DNA from: Synechococcus sp. | GTDB taxonomy: Bacteria > Cyanobacteriota > Cyanobacteriia > Thermostichales > PCC-7336 | Length of the DNA: 23,665 bases | Direction: 5' to 3' | Assembly (NCBI GenBank): GCA_051439605.1 | Contig: JBFRWN010000118.1 | Location: 1-23,665, forward strand | Shown: piece by piece, positions 8,940 to 17,781 of the stretch | Numbering within the stretch: position 1 is the first letter of the stretch | Layout: every line of letters starts with the position of its first letter | Made by a program: the position numbers and the translations under genes | The notes under the pieces: generated by a model | Seen by the model: only the letters and a program-made list of their open reading frames with translations | What the model was told of the DNA's origin: nothing | Databases searched by the model: none

Positions 8940-9120
8940 GAGGGCATCTCGTACATAGCAGTTATAGCTGTCGACATTTCGGTGACAACCCGACAAGGTT
9001 ATGCTGAGTCAGGGTTCACGATAACTAATACGTCCTAAGCAACTTGACGGTCGCTAATACCACCCAGAACCGAACGCTCCTCGATAACATAGCCATAGGG
9101 TATCAATAGCAAAACTCCTT

Positions 9121-11559
9121 ATGAAAACGGGCCAACCGCTCCATCCAGACACTCTGTATTGGTCTTGCAACCCCGATCAGTTTTCATTCGACACAACAGC
9201 TGAGCTACCCGATTTTGAGGGCATGTTGGGGCAAGATCGGGCGGTCGAAGCCGTTCAGTTTGGAACGAACCCCTCTTTAACGGGCTACAACTTATTCGTT
9301 CTGGGGCCCTCCGGCACGGGGCGACACTCCTTTGTCCGACAGTTCATCGAACAAACCGCTGCCGATCGCCCAACTCCGTCTGATTGGTGCTATGTCAATA
9401 ACTTCGAAAACCCCCAACAGCCGATCGCGATCGAGCTGCCGGCAGGGTATGCTGACCAGTTAAGTAAAGATATCCACCAAGTGATGGAGGAAGTCAAAGA
9501 CGTCATCCCCAAAGCGTTCGAGAGCGAGGACTATCAAAATCGGCGAGAGGAGATTGAATTAGAAGCTCAGGAAAAACAGACTCAGGCCTTTGAAGAGGTC
9601 CGGCAACATGCTCTAGAACGAGGCATCGATATTCAAAAAACGGACACGGGATTTATCTTCCAACCTCTCCATAAAGGCAAAATCGCATCCCCAAAAGAAT
9701 ACCAACGCCTACCCGAGGCAGAGCGGGAGCGCTTGAGTCGAGAGAGCGACGAACTGGAACTGGAACTCAAGCGGATGTTGCGGGCTATCCCCAGCATCGT
9801 GCGACAGGTGCGGGACAAGATTCGGCAGCTCGATCGCGATGTCGCCCTCTTTGCCGTGGGCAGTTTGATGGACGAGATCGAGGAAAAATATGCAGCCTTT
9901 CCCAAGGTGAGTCAGTATTTGAACAGCTTGCAGAGAGATGTCATCGACAATATCGAGATCTTTCTCAAACCCCACGAAGAAGATCTGCAATCGGTGATTC
10001 ATTTGCTGAACGGTGAGCCTCTTGCCGAATCAGCAAAATCTAAGCCCACTAAACAGCGGTACGCCGTCAATGTCCTTGTGGATCGCCGTCATTTAAAGGG
10101 GATGCCAGTTGTTTTTGAGGACAGCCCTACATATCCGGCACTGGTGGGTCGAATCGAACATATCTCCCGCATCGGCACTCTGATGACAGACTTCACGTTG
10201 ATTCGGTCGGGGGCCCTTCATCGCGCCAATGGCGGCTATCTGGTTTTAGATGCTCTGAAAGTTCTGACCCATCCATTTGCCTGGGAAGCCCTCAAGCAGG
10301 CTCTGGAGTCTGGAGAAATTCACATCAAATCCCTAGAAGATGCTTACGGTCTTGTCAGCACTGTCTCTTTGGAGCCAGAACCTATCCCGCTTGATGTCAA
10401 AGTGATTTTGATTGGCGATCGCCGCTTGTATTACCTGCTGCAAGCGTACGATCCCGAGTTTGACGAGCTATTCGACATTGCGGCTGATTTTGGCGATCGC
10501 ATGGAGCGCAGTCCGGATAATATTCGCGATCTGGCTCAACTTCTGGGCACTTTAGCCAGAAAGAAGCAATTACTGCCCTTGGACCGCACGGGGGTGGCCC
10601 GGACGATCGAGGAGGGGGCCCGCCATGCGGGAGATGCAGAACGACTCTCCACCCAATTTCGCTATTTGCTAGATATCCTGCGAGAAGCCCATTTTTGGGC
10701 GACAGAAGAGGACAAGGCAGCCATCGATGCCCGAGCGGTGCAGCAGGCGATCGACGCTCGGATTCGCCGCTCCAGTCGAATTCGCGATCGCTATCAAGAG
10801 GAAATCCTGCGGGAGACGATCGCGATCGATACGGAAGGGGAGAAAGTCGGACAGGTTAACGGGTTGTCGGTGATGCCGTTGGGTCAATTTTGGTTTGGGC
10901 ATCCAAATCGCATTACGGCTCGCGTGGCGCTGGGCACCGGTAAAGTCATCGACATCGAACGGGAAGTGGAATTGGGGGGACCGATTCATTCGAAGGGGGT
11001 GCTGATTCTATCGAGCTTTTTAGCGGCCCATTACGTGCGCGATCGCCCGCTCTCTCTATCTGCCAGTCTGGTGTTCGAGCAATCTTATGGCGGGGTGGAA
11101 GGGGACAGTGCGTCTGCGGCTGAATTGTGTGCTCTTCTGTCAGCTCTGTCGGAGCTACCGCTGAAGCAGTCTCTAGCGATTACAGGGTCGGTGAACCAGC
11201 ACGGCATGGTTCAGGCAATTGGGGGGGTGAACGAGAAAGTTGAAGGGTTCTTTGATATCTGTAAGGCGCGGCAATTGAGTGGGAACCAAGGGGTTCTCAT
11301 TCCGGCGGCGAATGTCAAGCATTTAATGTTGCGGCGCGAGGTTGTCGATGCGGTATCGGCAGGTCAGTTCCATATTTATGCGGTTCAAACCATTGATGAA
11401 TGTATGGAGTTACTAACAGGTAAACAGGCAGGCGAACGGGATGCTGAGGGGAATTATCCTGCTGAAACTGTCAACGGGCAGATTTACAAGCATCTGATTG
11501 AGTTTGCAAAACAGCGTCGTTCTTTTGCCCGTCAAACTCAGCGATCGGATGAGTTCTAG
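9121..11559 (+). CDS. Lon-like serine protease, LonC/YcbZ-type (AAA-like domain, coiled-coil insertion, S16 protease domain)
   Basis: GQDRAVEA, degenerate Walker A GPSGTGRHS, DWCYVNNF, GALHRANGGYL, Ser-Lys dyad motifs GDSASAAE and IGGVNEKVEGF. Confidence 0.93.
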   Translation: MKTGQPLHPDTLYWSCNPDQFSFDTTAELPDFEGMLGQDRAVEAVQFGTNPSLTGYNLFVLGPSGTGRHSFVRQFIEQTAADRPTPSDWCYVNNFENPQQPIAIELPAGYADQLSKDIHQVMEEVKDVIPKAFESEDYQNRREEIELEAQEKQTQAFEEVRQHALERGIDIQKTDTGFIFQPLHKGKIASPKEYQRLPEAERERLSRESDELELELKRMLRAIPSIVRQVRDKIRQLDRDVALFAVGSLMDEIEEKYAAFPKVSQYLNSLQRDVIDNIEIFLKPHEEDLQSVIHLLNGEPLAESAKSKPTKQRYAVNVLVDRRHLKGMPVVFEDSPTYPALVGRIEHISRIGTLMTDFTLIRSGALHRANGGYLVLDALKVLTHPFAWEALKQALESGEIHIKSLEDAYGLVSTVSLEPEPIPLDVKVILIGDRRLYYLLQAYDPEFDELFDIAADFGDRMERSPDNIRDLAQLLGTLARKKQLLPLDRTGVARTIEEGARHAGDAERLSTQFRYLLDILREAHFWATEEDKAAIDARAVQQAIDARIRRSSRIRDRYQEEILRETIAIDTEGEKVGQVNGLSVMPLGQFWFGHPNRITARVALGTGKVIDIEREVELGGPIHSKGVLILSSFLAAHYVRDRPLSLSASLVFEQSYGGVEGDSASAAELCALLSALSELPLKQSLAITGSVNQHGMVQAIGGVNEKVEGFFDICKARQLSGNQGVLIPAANVKHLMLRREVVDAVSAGQFHIYAVQTIDECMELLTGKQAGERDAEGNYPAETVNGQIYKHLIEFAKQRRSFARQTQRSDEF

Positions 11560-11645
11560 CGATCGCTCCAGCTACTGCAATGACTCTCGCAAAACACACA
11601 ATTCAGGCGTTTAAAACATCTGGGGTAAAGTTCTCTAAACCATTG

Positions 11646-11730
11646 TTCTCGGGCTTTGGGATATAGCCCGAGAAAGCAGCAATCCTGATTCTCAACCTGC
11701 AATTTTGTGCTCCGGCATTCGGAGAATCAG
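11646..11730. terminator. Two hairpins between the convergent protease and hydrolase genes (probable bidirectional terminator region)
   Basis: A perfect 10-bp stem TTCTCGGGCT/AGCCCGAGAA (11646-11674) and a 9-bp stem CTGATTCTC/GAGAATCAG (11685-11730). Confidence 0.65.
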
Positions 11731-11743
11731 CTCCTCGATCGCC

Positions 11744-12655
11744 TTACCCTTCAATGTCTACGATTGCCTCTTCCAGAAGCAGATTAAATTCAGTGGGTTG
11801 CTCCAAATGGAGGAAATGCCCCACCCCATACATAATCGCTGCATCAAAATCCGCATACTGCTGATTGATCTCCACCGCAGTCTCCGGAATCATCGGCGGT
11901 AACGCATTCGCATTCACGCAGCGAATCGGCACCTCCACCTGAGACATTGCCGCCGCCGTATCAACACTGGGGAAGTCTCTGGCTAAGGCGATCGCTGCCG
12001 GAGCATAGACCGACTCCCCTTGCTCGGCCACCCAATTCGCTAGTTCACCGTCGCTATCGGGCAAAAACATTTGCTCCATCATCTTGGCACGCTCGCCCAC
12101 AAAGTCAGCCTCAAGCTGAGTGGCCCACTGCTCCCCAACCTCGGGATCCCATTTCATCTCTACATTGTGAAGCGTATCCACACAGGCCACCCCGATCACC
12201 CGATTGGGTAGTAACCGCGCCGCCTCAAGCGACACCGGTCCCCCCATCGAATGACCGATTAAGATAACGCGCTGCAGGTCCAGCTCTTCCACCACCGCCA
12301 ACACGTCCCCGGCGTACCCCACAATTGTCCACGTCTCGCGATCGCGCCCCGATACCCCGTGCCCTGCCAAATCTAGCGAAACCACTCGATATTCGTCCGC
12401 AAACGCATCCAACTGTTCCCGCCAATAGGAGCGATCGCAGGACCAACAATGAATAAACAGTAGCGTGGTGTCCCCCGTCCCCCTGACATCAAAGGCAATC
12501 TCTACCCCATCCGGAGCCAGCACTGTCCCACTCGTCACCCGCGCAGTCTCTTCCCCTCCCGCCAGCGCCACCGAATCCCAACCAGAAACCCAATGGCTAG
12601 CCGGAATCACCCCCAACGCCAGAGCCGTCAGTAAGGGAAACGCAATATTATTCAC
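11744..12655 (-). CDS. Secreted alpha/beta-fold hydrolase
   Basis: Hydrophobic signal-like N-terminus, LLFIHCWS oxyanion region, DLAGHGVS, nucleophile elbow GHSMGG, C-terminal GHFLHLE. GTG start preceded by GGGAGGGAG. Confidence 0.9.
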   Translation of the reverse strand: MNNIAFPLLTALALGVIPASHWVSGWDSVALAGGEETARVTSGTVLAPDGVEIAFDVRGTGDTTLLFIHCWSCDRSYWREQLDAFADEYRVVSLDLAGHGVSGRDRETWTIVGYAGDVLAVVEELDLQRVILIGHSMGGPVSLEAARLLPNRVIGVACVDTLHNVEMKWDPEVGEQWATQLEADFVGERAKMMEQMFLPDSDGELANWVAEQGESVYAPAAIALARDFPSVDTAAAMSQVEVPIRCVNANALPPMIPETAVEINQQYADFDAAIMYGVGHFLHLEQPTEFNLLLEEAIVDIEG

Positions 12656-12776
12656 TTAGTTCTCCCTCCCCGCCAATGAGCCAAAGCGTTCAGCCCACCG
12701 CGAAATCTTCTTGTTCATAGCATCCTATGGCCACCACCCCAAAACCACCATCGATCTCGTTCATACATGCGATGAA

Positions 12777-15700
12777 TTAACCCATCAACAACTCAGAAGC
12801 CGTCAAACCAATCAACGATTCCGCGTGCGTCCCCGGCAAATCTGCTGAAGCCTCCCAGAAGAACATCCCCCCCAGTCCCCGATCCTGCACGTAGTCCAGC
12901 TTCGCCCCCAACGACTGCACATCTTCGTAGGTACTGAATACCCCCAACGACTTGTTGTAGACGTAAGGCACTTGAGCCTCATCGTCCCAATAGCGCACGT
13001 AGCCGCTATTGGGGTCGTTCAGCTTGGTATACAAATCGTCGTAGTCAAAGATGCCATTTTCGTAGGTGCCCGGCCCCGCCCCCGTAGCCGCTTGGAACAA
13101 GCCATCGTTGACATCATCCACCCCAGTCCAAGACCGACCGTACAGGGGCGCCCCCAAGACAATATCCTCAGCCTCCACCCCAGCATCCAAATACTGCTGG
13201 ACCGTGGCAGCCACGTTATAGGAATCTGCATACTCGGAGGGGTCGTCGGAACTGGCATACAGCGCCGCCTGGTGGTTGGTGGTGTCCTCCCACGCACCGT
13301 GGTAGTCGTAAGCCATCACGTTAAAGAAGTCGAGATACTGGGACATCCCCGCCAAGTCATAATTGACAATTTTGTCGACTCCGGCCGGGGATGCAATGGT
13401 GAGCTGATAGTCGTTACCGTCTAGGCTCTCCTGCCGATCCAGCTGTTCCCGCAATTCCGCCAACAGTAACGTATAGTTCTGCTTGTCTGCGGGACGATAG
13501 ACATTGCTGGCCAAGCCACCGCTAACCGGATATTCCCAATCGATATCCAGTCCATCGAAGCCGTGTTCCACCATGAAATCGACCGCCGAAATGGCAAATT
13601 TCTCGCGGGAGACATCCGTCAGGGCGATGTCCGAGAAAGCCCCCGACAGAGCCCATCCACCAATGGATAGCATGTTGGTTAAATGGGGATTCTCTGCCTT
13701 CAGGACCCGCAGTTCCGCAAAGTTGCCCGCTTCCCCCGCTTGAGATTGGTCCCAGCTATATTTGCCCCCGAAGGTGGTTTGGGTGGCAGCCCAAGGGTCA
13801 AACTGAGCCACTTCACCGTTTTCGTCCACCTTGGCAAAGGCGTAGAAAATATGGGTCAGGTTATCGGCAGGAATATCCTCCACTTGAAAGTCGCGATCAT
13901 AAATCGCCCACTCGGGATAGTAGGCTCCAACGACGTAATTGGAATTTCCTCCGCTGGGATTGGCATCGTCATTCAGGATGGTCGCCATTCCGCCAGCATC
14001 TCCCAGCGTCGCTTGACTGGCGTTACTGAGGTTGAAGCTGAAGCTTTCGGAACTCTCGTAGAGGGTATCTCCTGCGATCGTCACCGCCACAGTTTGTGAA
14101 GTTTGACCGGGAGCGAAAGTGAGGCTACCGCTTGCGGCACTGTAGTCCTCTCCGGAGATTGCGTTACTATCCTGCGTGTCGTACTCAACCGTAACGGTGT
14201 CCTCGCTAGCGGCGCTGAGGCTGACGGTAAACAGGACGGTGGAGCTGCCGACGTCCCCTTCGGCAAGGCTGACGTCATTCACCGACAGGCTGGGCAACGA
14301 CCCCAGTAATTCGCCGTTAAACCGATAATTGCTAGGCTCGGGTACGGAGCCGCCATTCCAACTGCCGTTGAACCCAAACGAGACAGAGGTGTTGGGGGCA
14401 ATTTGCTCGTTCCAGCCCAAGTCGGAGACAACGTAGCGGCTGCCATCGACACTGACCTGTTCGGCATTCCACATTGAAGTAATCGAGAACGGGCTATCAA
14501 ATCCAAGGGTCCACCCCTTGATCGCCGTATCCCCTTGGTTCGTAATGGTGATGCTGCCCCCAAAGCCCCCCTGCCACTGGCTATCCACCTGAAAGCTGAT
14601 GGACACAGTGCCGTTGTTTGTTATCGGAGATTCAACGGGGGGAGTCACCGGATCTGGCGCATCGTCGTTGAGTAGGGTACCGAGGCCCAGGTTATCGGCA
14701 ATCGCGGCTCCACTGGCCCCGCTCAGGGAGAGACTCAAGGTTTCCTCCCCTTCAATCTCTTTGTCGCCAATAACGCTGACGTCGATCGTTTTGCGGGTTT
14801 CCCCTGGTGCGAAGGTGAGGGTCCCAACCTGGCCGAGGAAGTCCTCCCCGGCGATTGCCGAACCATCCGAAGTGGAAAAGTTGACCTGGACCATCTCGTC
14901 GCTGGCTGCGGATAGCGAAACTTCGAAGGCCAGATTGCCCGTACCGTCATCCCCCTCCCAACTGCTGGCATCACTGACAGAAATCGCGGGAAGTGTTGCG
15001 GCAGGAGGAGCCTCGTCCAAAGACTGGTAGTAGTCCTGCACTTGGCTGATCCACCAGTATCCATCGGTGGGTGGGTCCCCCACGCCATCTGTACTGACTC
15101 CCACCCCTGCACCAAACAGCACGTTGGTAACGCCTGCCGCCTGCACGTCATCCATGTTGGGCGCCCAGGTAATGCGGTTGCCCTCCACGATGACCCCAGG
15201 GTCCTGCCACTGGTTTTGGCTGAAGTAAGCCAGGCGTTCGGGATCTGCTTCGATAAAGGTATCCCCCAGGAAGAAGGTACCCGCCGAGTCTTCGTACTGG
15301 GTGGGTGTGTTGTCGAGATCGTCGAAGCGATTGGAGGGATCGTAGGGGTTCTCCGCTTGGCTGCCGTTGATGTGTCCTACCGGGATTTGCCACAGGGTGA
15401 CCGGCTTGTCAGTGCTGTTGTGCAGCGTCTCCACAAACAGCAGGTAGTTTTTCCACAAATCGTGGTTCCAGAACCAACTGGAATCCTGAGGATTTTCAGC
15501 CGCTGAAGCGCTAACCCCCGCTCCATCGAGACCGTATTTATCGATGCTGATGAAATCCGCACCGTAACTCAGCACGCCCGCTGCTTTGTAGTAGTCGGCG
15601 ATCGCCGTCGCTTCCTCCACGATCGCCTGCTTGCCCGCTTCAAACCCCAGCGTTTCTGTGAGGTGAACGATCCCTTTACCGGGAATCCCCACATTGGTAA

Positions 15701-17624
15701 AGCCTCCAGCGGGACTGGCCCAGAGGTTAAACTGCCAGCCAAATTCCACATTGGGGGCGTATTTGGAGATGGTGTAGTTGATGGCCTGCACCAACCCCTG
15801 CACAGAGTCGTCGAAGATCGGATCTTCCGTTCGGCTCAACACTCCTGCATCGTAAATGGCGGAGGTTTGGGCAGAGATTTCCTGGGGTCGCGTGCCAGAA
15901 TTCTGAGCCATGTACCCCAAGAAATCGGGCTCCAGAATCATGCTGACCTTCTCATCTCCAGCAATACTGCTAATTTCATCCAGGGCATATTTCAAATCTT
16001 CGAAATAGCTCTGCATATAGGATTGGCTTTGGACATGTTGCAAGTCGGTGGTATAGCTTTCGCCCCCATCCGGGATGTTGTACCAAACAAACGTCGGGGT
16101 CATGCCCAGCTTCAGACTTTCCCGCAGGTAAGACTGCAGGCGATCGCCGTCCCCCCAAGTGCGCCAGTTATTGGGATAAGCGGGATCGGGTTTAAAGGGG
16201 TTATTGAGGGGGCCTCCGTTCAAGTAGATGTACCGCGAGTCCACCCGCTTGTTGGCCAGCCCGTCGCCAAACTCTTGCCAAAACCCCAAATCGGCGGCGG
16301 AATCTTCGCTGACCGAACCGATGGTGACGTCGTCGGGATTGTCCGGTAGAGACCCATCTGGATTGCGAACCCGTATCCCCACAAAGCGCTGTTCTCCAGT
16401 AGCGATGTTCTCGATTCGCAAAGAGGCCCGTCCGCCCTCCTGGCTGGCGATCGCAATCTCGCTGGTGCCGTCTGAGAGGGGGATGATGCTGGCTTGGATC
16501 AGGTCTGGATTGTTGGTGGCGACTCGCAGGTTGCTGGCCTCCCCCTCAAAGTTGAGGACTAGCGTGGATTCCCCCGGATCGAGGGTGATTTGCAGCGCCT
16601 CTCCACCCTCGTCGAATCCAACCAGTTGAAAGGAATTCGTCGTTGGGGGGATGACTCCGCTTCCGCCACTGGAGGATCGATATAGAACGGTCTTACCAAG
16701 GGTGAGTTGGTCAGCGGTCACCCCTTCAATTGCAATCGTTTGGTTGTTGCTGGGAATTGAAATGATAACGTCACCGCTGCCCGTATCCTGCACGACGAAT
16801 TCAGCACTGCTAGAAAACCAGAAGGCAGTCAGGTCGATGACATCTTCAGAGACATCAAAATTGCGGATGACAGAATGTCTGCCCCACTTCCAGTCGAAGC
16901 GAAAGGTGTCTGGTTGACTCGTTGCCCCAATCAGCACATCCTCGATGCCAGTCGGAGGGAGTGGGGCAGTGGCATCATCATCGACGATCTTGCCAACCCC
17001 CTGTCCGTCGGCAATAGCTGCTCCATCAGGGTTGCTGAGGTTGAGTAAGACTCTTTCATCCGCTTCCACTTGACGATCCCCCACAATCGGCACGTGCACC
17101 GTCATGCTGGTTTCTCCGGGCGCAAAGATGAGGGTGCCAGATTGAGGATGATAGTCTTCCCCCGCGAATGCGGTGTCGTTGGCGGTCGCGAGATCCACCG
17201 TGACGGTTTCGCTAGCTGCTTGGCTGAGGGTGACGGTGTAGGTCAGGTAAGTGACCCCGTCGCTGCCCTCGGCGATCGCCGCATCTGCCACCGATATCGT
17301 AGGAGTGCCGCTGGGGTCTAAAGAACTGCCATTGAGAAGATACCCGCTGGGTTCGGAAATCCCGTTGCTGGAGGGGACAGCGTTGAATCCGATGGAGATG
17401 GTTTCTCCGGAGGACAAATCGGGGTTGTAATCGGCAAATCGAATCCTGTAGCGATCGCCTTTACGACTGACGATTTCTGCATTCCAAATACTGGTAATTT
17501 CAAAATCTGCTGTGAACTCTAGCGTCCAGTTTTTCAGCAGTGAATCCCCTTCGTTAGTAAGGATAATTTCCCCCTCAAAGCCAGTTCCCCAATCTTGAAT
17601 CACGGTAAAGTTGACAGCGCTCAT
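12777..17624 (-). CDS. Large multi-module chitinase: CBM2 - Calx-beta - small beta domain - unassigned glycosidase-like domain - Calx-beta - CBM2 - Calx-beta - GH18
   Basis: The GH18 has SIGGW, intact FDGLDIDWEYP (13527-13559), MAYDYHG and MFFWE. CBM2 motifs are DWGTGF...WTLEF...IWNA...IGFN and QWQGGF...WTLGF...MWNA...FGFN. Three Calx-beta repeats carry TA.AGEDY/F...GTL.FAPGET...GD...E..E. ATG at 17624 (AGGA upstream) is preferred over the GTG at 17651. Confidence 0.92.
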   Translation of the reverse strand: MSAVNFTVIQDWGTGFEGEIILTNEGDSLLKNWTLEFTADFEITSIWNAEIVSRKGDRYRIRFADYNPDLSSGETISIGFNAVPSSNGISEPSGYLLNGSSLDPSGTPTISVADAAIAEGSDGVTYLTYTVTLSQAASETVTVDLATANDTAFAGEDYHPQSGTLIFAPGETSMTVHVPIVGDRQVEADERVLLNLSNPDGAAIADGQGVGKIVDDDATAPLPPTGIEDVLIGATSQPDTFRFDWKWGRHSVIRNFDVSEDVIDLTAFWFSSSAEFVVQDTGSGDVIISIPSNNQTIAIEGVTADQLTLGKTVLYRSSSGGSGVIPPTTNSFQLVGFDEGGEALQITLDPGESTLVLNFEGEASNLRVATNNPDLIQASIIPLSDGTSEIAIASQEGGRASLRIENIATGEQRFVGIRVRNPDGSLPDNPDDVTIGSVSEDSAADLGFWQEFGDGLANKRVDSRYIYLNGGPLNNPFKPDPAYPNNWRTWGDGDRLQSYLRESLKLGMTPTFVWYNIPDGGESYTTDLQHVQSQSYMQSYFEDLKYALDEISSIAGDEKVSMILEPDFLGYMAQNSGTRPQEISAQTSAIYDAGVLSRTEDPIFDDSVQGLVQAINYTISKYAPNVEFGWQFNLWASPAGGFTNVGIPGKGIVHLTETLGFEAGKQAIVEEATAIADYYKAAGVLSYGADFISIDKYGLDGAGVSASAAENPQDSSWFWNHDLWKNYLLFVETLHNSTDKPVTLWQIPVGHINGSQAENPYDPSNRFDDLDNTPTQYEDSAGTFFLGDTFIEADPERLAYFSQNQWQDPGVIVEGNRITWAPNMDDVQAAGVTNVLFGAGVGVSTDGVGDPPTDGYWWISQVQDYYQSLDEAPPAATLPAISVSDASSWEGDDGTGNLAFEVSLSAASDEMVQVNFSTSDGSAIAGEDFLGQVGTLTFAPGETRKTIDVSVIGDKEIEGEETLSLSLSGASGAAIADNLGLGTLLNDDAPDPVTPPVESPITNNGTVSISFQVDSQWQGGFGGSITITNQGDTAIKGWTLGFDSPFSITSMWNAEQVSVDGSRYVVSDLGWNEQIAPNTSVSFGFNGSWNGGSVPEPSNYRFNGELLGSLPSLSVNDVSLAEGDVGSSTVLFTVSLSAASEDTVTVEYDTQDSNAISGEDYSAASGSLTFAPGQTSQTVAVTIAGDTLYESSESFSFNLSNASQATLGDAGGMATILNDDANPSGGNSNYVVGAYYPEWAIYDRDFQVEDIPADNLTHIFYAFAKVDENGEVAQFDPWAATQTTFGGKYSWDQSQAGEAGNFAELRVLKAENPHLTNMLSIGGWALSGAFSDIALTDVSREKFAISAVDFMVEHGFDGLDIDWEYPVSGGLASNVYRPADKQNYTLLLAELREQLDRQESLDGNDYQLTIASPAGVDKIVNYDLAGMSQYLDFFNVMAYDYHGAWEDTTNHQAALYASSDDPSEYADSYNVAATVQQYLDAGVEAEDIVLGAPLYGRSWTGVDDVNDGLFQAATGAGPGTYENGIFDYDDLYTKLNDPNSGYVRYWDDEAQVPYVYNKSLGVFSTYEDVQSLGAKLDYVQDRGLGGMFFWEASADLPGTHAESLIGLTASELLMG

Positions 17625-17738
17625 CCCAAAATTCCTTAACCTGAAAACCACTGTTCCTGGGTAAAAATGAAGGGTGTCATTTCCCCTAGGAACTCCACTT
17701 AACTGGAATCGGGATAGCGTTGTCGGCCGGTTTGAATC

Positions 17739-17772
17739 GGTTAGATTAGGTTAGCGTAGGTGGCATAGGTTA
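17739..17772. promoter_or_regulatory. Four phased direct repeats in the divergent chitinase/regulator intergenic region (candidate operator)
   Basis: GGTTAGATTA GGTTAGCGTA GGTGGCATA GGTTA, with periods 10, 10 and 9 nt, ending 9 nt before the ATG at 17782. Confidence 0.55.
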
Positions 17773-17781
17773 CTTTGCTCC

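Noticed and set aside
15663..16349. 228-aa + strand ORF, and similar long ORFs such as 2200-2739, 3113-3649, 7790-8263 and 20631-21152
   Set aside because: They lie antisense to motif-supported genes and have no recognisable motifs; such shadow ORFs are expected in moderately GC-rich coding DNA.
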